NCBI GenBank assembly: GCA_043722725.1
Contig: JAYSON010000065.1
Location: 1 to 47,881, forward strand
Direction: 5' to 3'
DNA: 47,881 bases
From: Chloracidobacterium sp.
GTDB lineage: Bacteria > Acidobacteriota > Blastocatellia > Pyrinomonadales > Pyrinomonadaceae
Both the position numbers and the translations under genes were made by a program. The notes under the pieces were generated by a model. The model ran no database searches. It was not told the origin of the DNA and was given only the letters and a program-made list of their open reading frames with translations. Below, one piece after another: positions 46,430 to 47,881 of the stretch. How positions within the stretch are numbered: position 1 is the first letter of the stretch; every line of letters starts with the position of its first letter.

Positions 46430-46477
46430 CTTCTGACTTCCTGCTTCTGACTTCCTGCTTCTGGCTTCTAACTTCTT
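46430..46477. repeat. Right flank repeat of the four-helix-bundle cassette (2 x CTTCTGACTTCCTG, then CTTCTGGCTTCTAACTTCTT)
   Basis: Tandem copies at 46430-46443 and 46444-46457, followed by words complementary to the left flank. The repeat ends 6 nt before the lgt start codon. Confidence 0.8.
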
Positions 46478-46483
46478 ACAACC

Positions 46484-47296
46484 ATGTACCCTGAACTTTT
46501 CCGAGTCGGCAATTTTCCCATAACGACCTACGGCATTTTCCTTGCCATCGGGATGTTATTGGCTCTCTACGTCGCCTCGCGGCTTGCGGCGAGAGACGGA
46601 TTGCCGCGTGAGCGCATTTACGATCTCGGGTTGTGGACGTTGATCGGCGGGCTTCTGGGTTCAAAGGCCCTGATGTTTCTGGTAGAGGATAACGTTCAGG
46701 TTTTTTCGCTCGACTTCCTGCGTTCGGGCGGCGTTTATTACGGCGGATTTATTGGCGGATTTCTGACCGTAGTTATACTCATCCGTTTTTACAAACTGCC
46801 ATTCTGGAAAGTTGCCGACGCGCTCGCGCCCGGCCTCGCTCTCGGACAGGCCTTTGGCAGGCAGGGCTGTTTCGCGGCCGGATGCTGTTGGGGCAAGCCG
46901 ACCGATCTTCCCTGGGGCGTCCATTTTACCGAAGCGGGCCACGATTACACGGGCGTTCCGATGTACGGCCCGGACGGCAGCGAGCTTTTTCTGCACCCGA
47001 CGCAATTGTACGAGTCTTTCTTTATGCTCGCGGTCTTCGGTTTGCTCGTTTACTTGCATCGCCGCAAAAAATTCGACGGCCAGGTCCTTATCGCGTACGG
47101 CATAATCTATTCGATCTTCCGGTTTTTGATCGAATTTATACGCGATGATCCGCGCGGCGATCTATTTGGCCTGACGACCGCAACAGGCCTTTCGACTTCG
47201 CAGCTGGTCAGCCTGGTGGTTGCGGCGGGCGCGGTCGTGTTTATGGTCATGCGTCTCAGGGCAGCCGGTAAAAAGGAACATCTTGAGCACAGCTAA
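46484..47296 (+). CDS. lgt: Prolipoprotein diacylglyceryl transferase
   Basis: 270 aa. Motifs FPITTYGIFLAIG, GRQGCFAAGCCWGKPTDLPWGV and HPTQLYES are Lgt signatures. Confidence 0.93.
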   Translation: MYPELFRVGNFPITTYGIFLAIGMLLALYVASRLAARDGLPRERIYDLGLWTLIGGLLGSKALMFLVEDNVQVFSLDFLRSGGVYYGGFIGGFLTVVILIRFYKLPFWKVADALAPGLALGQAFGRQGCFAAGCCWGKPTDLPWGVHFTEAGHDYTGVPMYGPDGSELFLHPTQLYESFFMLAVFGLLVYLHRRKKFDGQVLIAYGIIYSIFRFLIEFIRDDPRGDLFGLTTATGLSTSQLVSLVVAAGAVVFMVMRLRAAGKKEHLEHS

Positions 47297-47881
47297 AACG
47301 CCTTTATTATCTGAAGAAACCCCGATACTGAATTTCACGATCGCCGGAACGGAAATCGGAAAGCGCCTCGATGCTTTTCTTGCCGAAAAGATCGTTAGTT
47401 GGTCGCGCTCGCGGCTTCAGCGGCTGATCGATGACGGCGACGTTCTGGTAAATCAAGCGACCGCAAAGCCTTCGTACAAGCTTCGCGACAATGATGAGAT
47501 CGACGTCGATCTGACCGAGATCCCTGCTGCACGCTTTGAGCCCGAAAATATTCCGCTCGATATTGTTTTCGAAGACGAGTATCTCGCGGTTATCAATAAA
47601 CCGGCTGGTTTGGTAGTTCATCCCGGTGCCGGCGTCAGCTCCGGCACCTTGGCAAACGCGATCGCCTATCACTTCGGCGTTAGCGGAATGCAGCCTGTTC
47701 ACGGGTCAGAACCGCCCGCGTCAGCCGGTGGTACGGACGCCGATATCTCGAGCGGCTTGGATACCGTCCACGTGCCGGAAGCCACCGCTCAAAAAGACAG
47801 CTCAGAACACGATAGAAACCCTGCAAACACAAGCCGCGTCGGAATAGTACATCGCTTGGACAAACAAACCTCCGGCCTGAT
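47283..47881 (+). CDS. rluD: RluD/RluA-family 23S rRNA pseudouridine synthase, N-terminal part (continues past the right edge)
   Basis: Not in the ORF track because it is open at the edge. Frame from TTG 47283 reads: S4 domain (GKRLDAFLAEKIVSWSRSRLQRLIDDGDVLVN), then LAVINKPAGLVVHPGAG and GIVHRLDKQTSGL. The antisense 131-aa track ORF (47307-47702) is its shadow. Confidence 0.85.
   Translation, partial: MSTAKTPLLSEETPILNFTIAGTEIGKRLDAFLAEKIVSWSRSRLQRLIDDGDVLVNQATAKPSYKLRDNDEIDVDLTEIPAARFEPENIPLDIVFEDEYLAVINKPAGLVVHPGAGVSSGTLANAIAYHFGVSGMQPVHGSEPPASAGGTDADISSGLDTVHVPEATAQKDSSEHDRNPANTSRVGIVHRLDKQTSGL

Noticed and set aside
47307-47702. 131-aa minus-strand ORF at the right end
   Set aside because: The + strand frame from 47283 encodes clear RluD S4 and catalytic motifs, so the minus-strand ORF is its antisense shadow.

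Overview
This is a 47.9-kb chromosomal segment of roughly 50% GC with about 40 protein genes on both strands. The gene content looks Acidobacteriota-like, but that is inference only. I recognised no rRNA, tRNA, CRISPR array, transposase or integrase. The housekeeping backbone is mnmA, ttcA, a NifS-type cysteine desulfurase, 5-formyl-THF cyclo-ligase, mscL, bactofilin, cdaA-cdaR, a CDF transporter, an M50 site-2 protease, katE, clpS, ileS, lspA, lgt and rluD (partial), plus a partial MATE gene at the left edge. Six things are unusual. (1) An FHA-GAF-class III adenylate cyclase gene sits directly upstream of a divergent orphan MreB-like actin-fold gene, which is followed by four exactly phased 22-bp iteron-like repeats. 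(2) A 1031-aa TPR-fronted sigma-54 enhancer-binding protein lies divergent from a GH63 glycosidase and an 1167-aa single-polypeptide GH18-like/CE4 deacetylase/processive GT2 exopolysaccharide synthase. (3) A wHTH-NB-ARC-TPR STAND regulator has three 11-bp-phased direct repeats in front of its own start codon. (4) A four-helix-bundle (23S rRNA IVS-protein family) gene, bracketed by imperfect inverted repeats, is wedged between lspA and lgt. (5) A recurring class of intergenic hairpins has arms built from stuttered 7-14-nt words; these inflate several ORF ends. (6) A secreted EEP / lipoprotein / Tat-SGNH / ceramidase-like cluster is present. All functional calls come from motif recognition by eye in the supplied translations. 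No database search was run.
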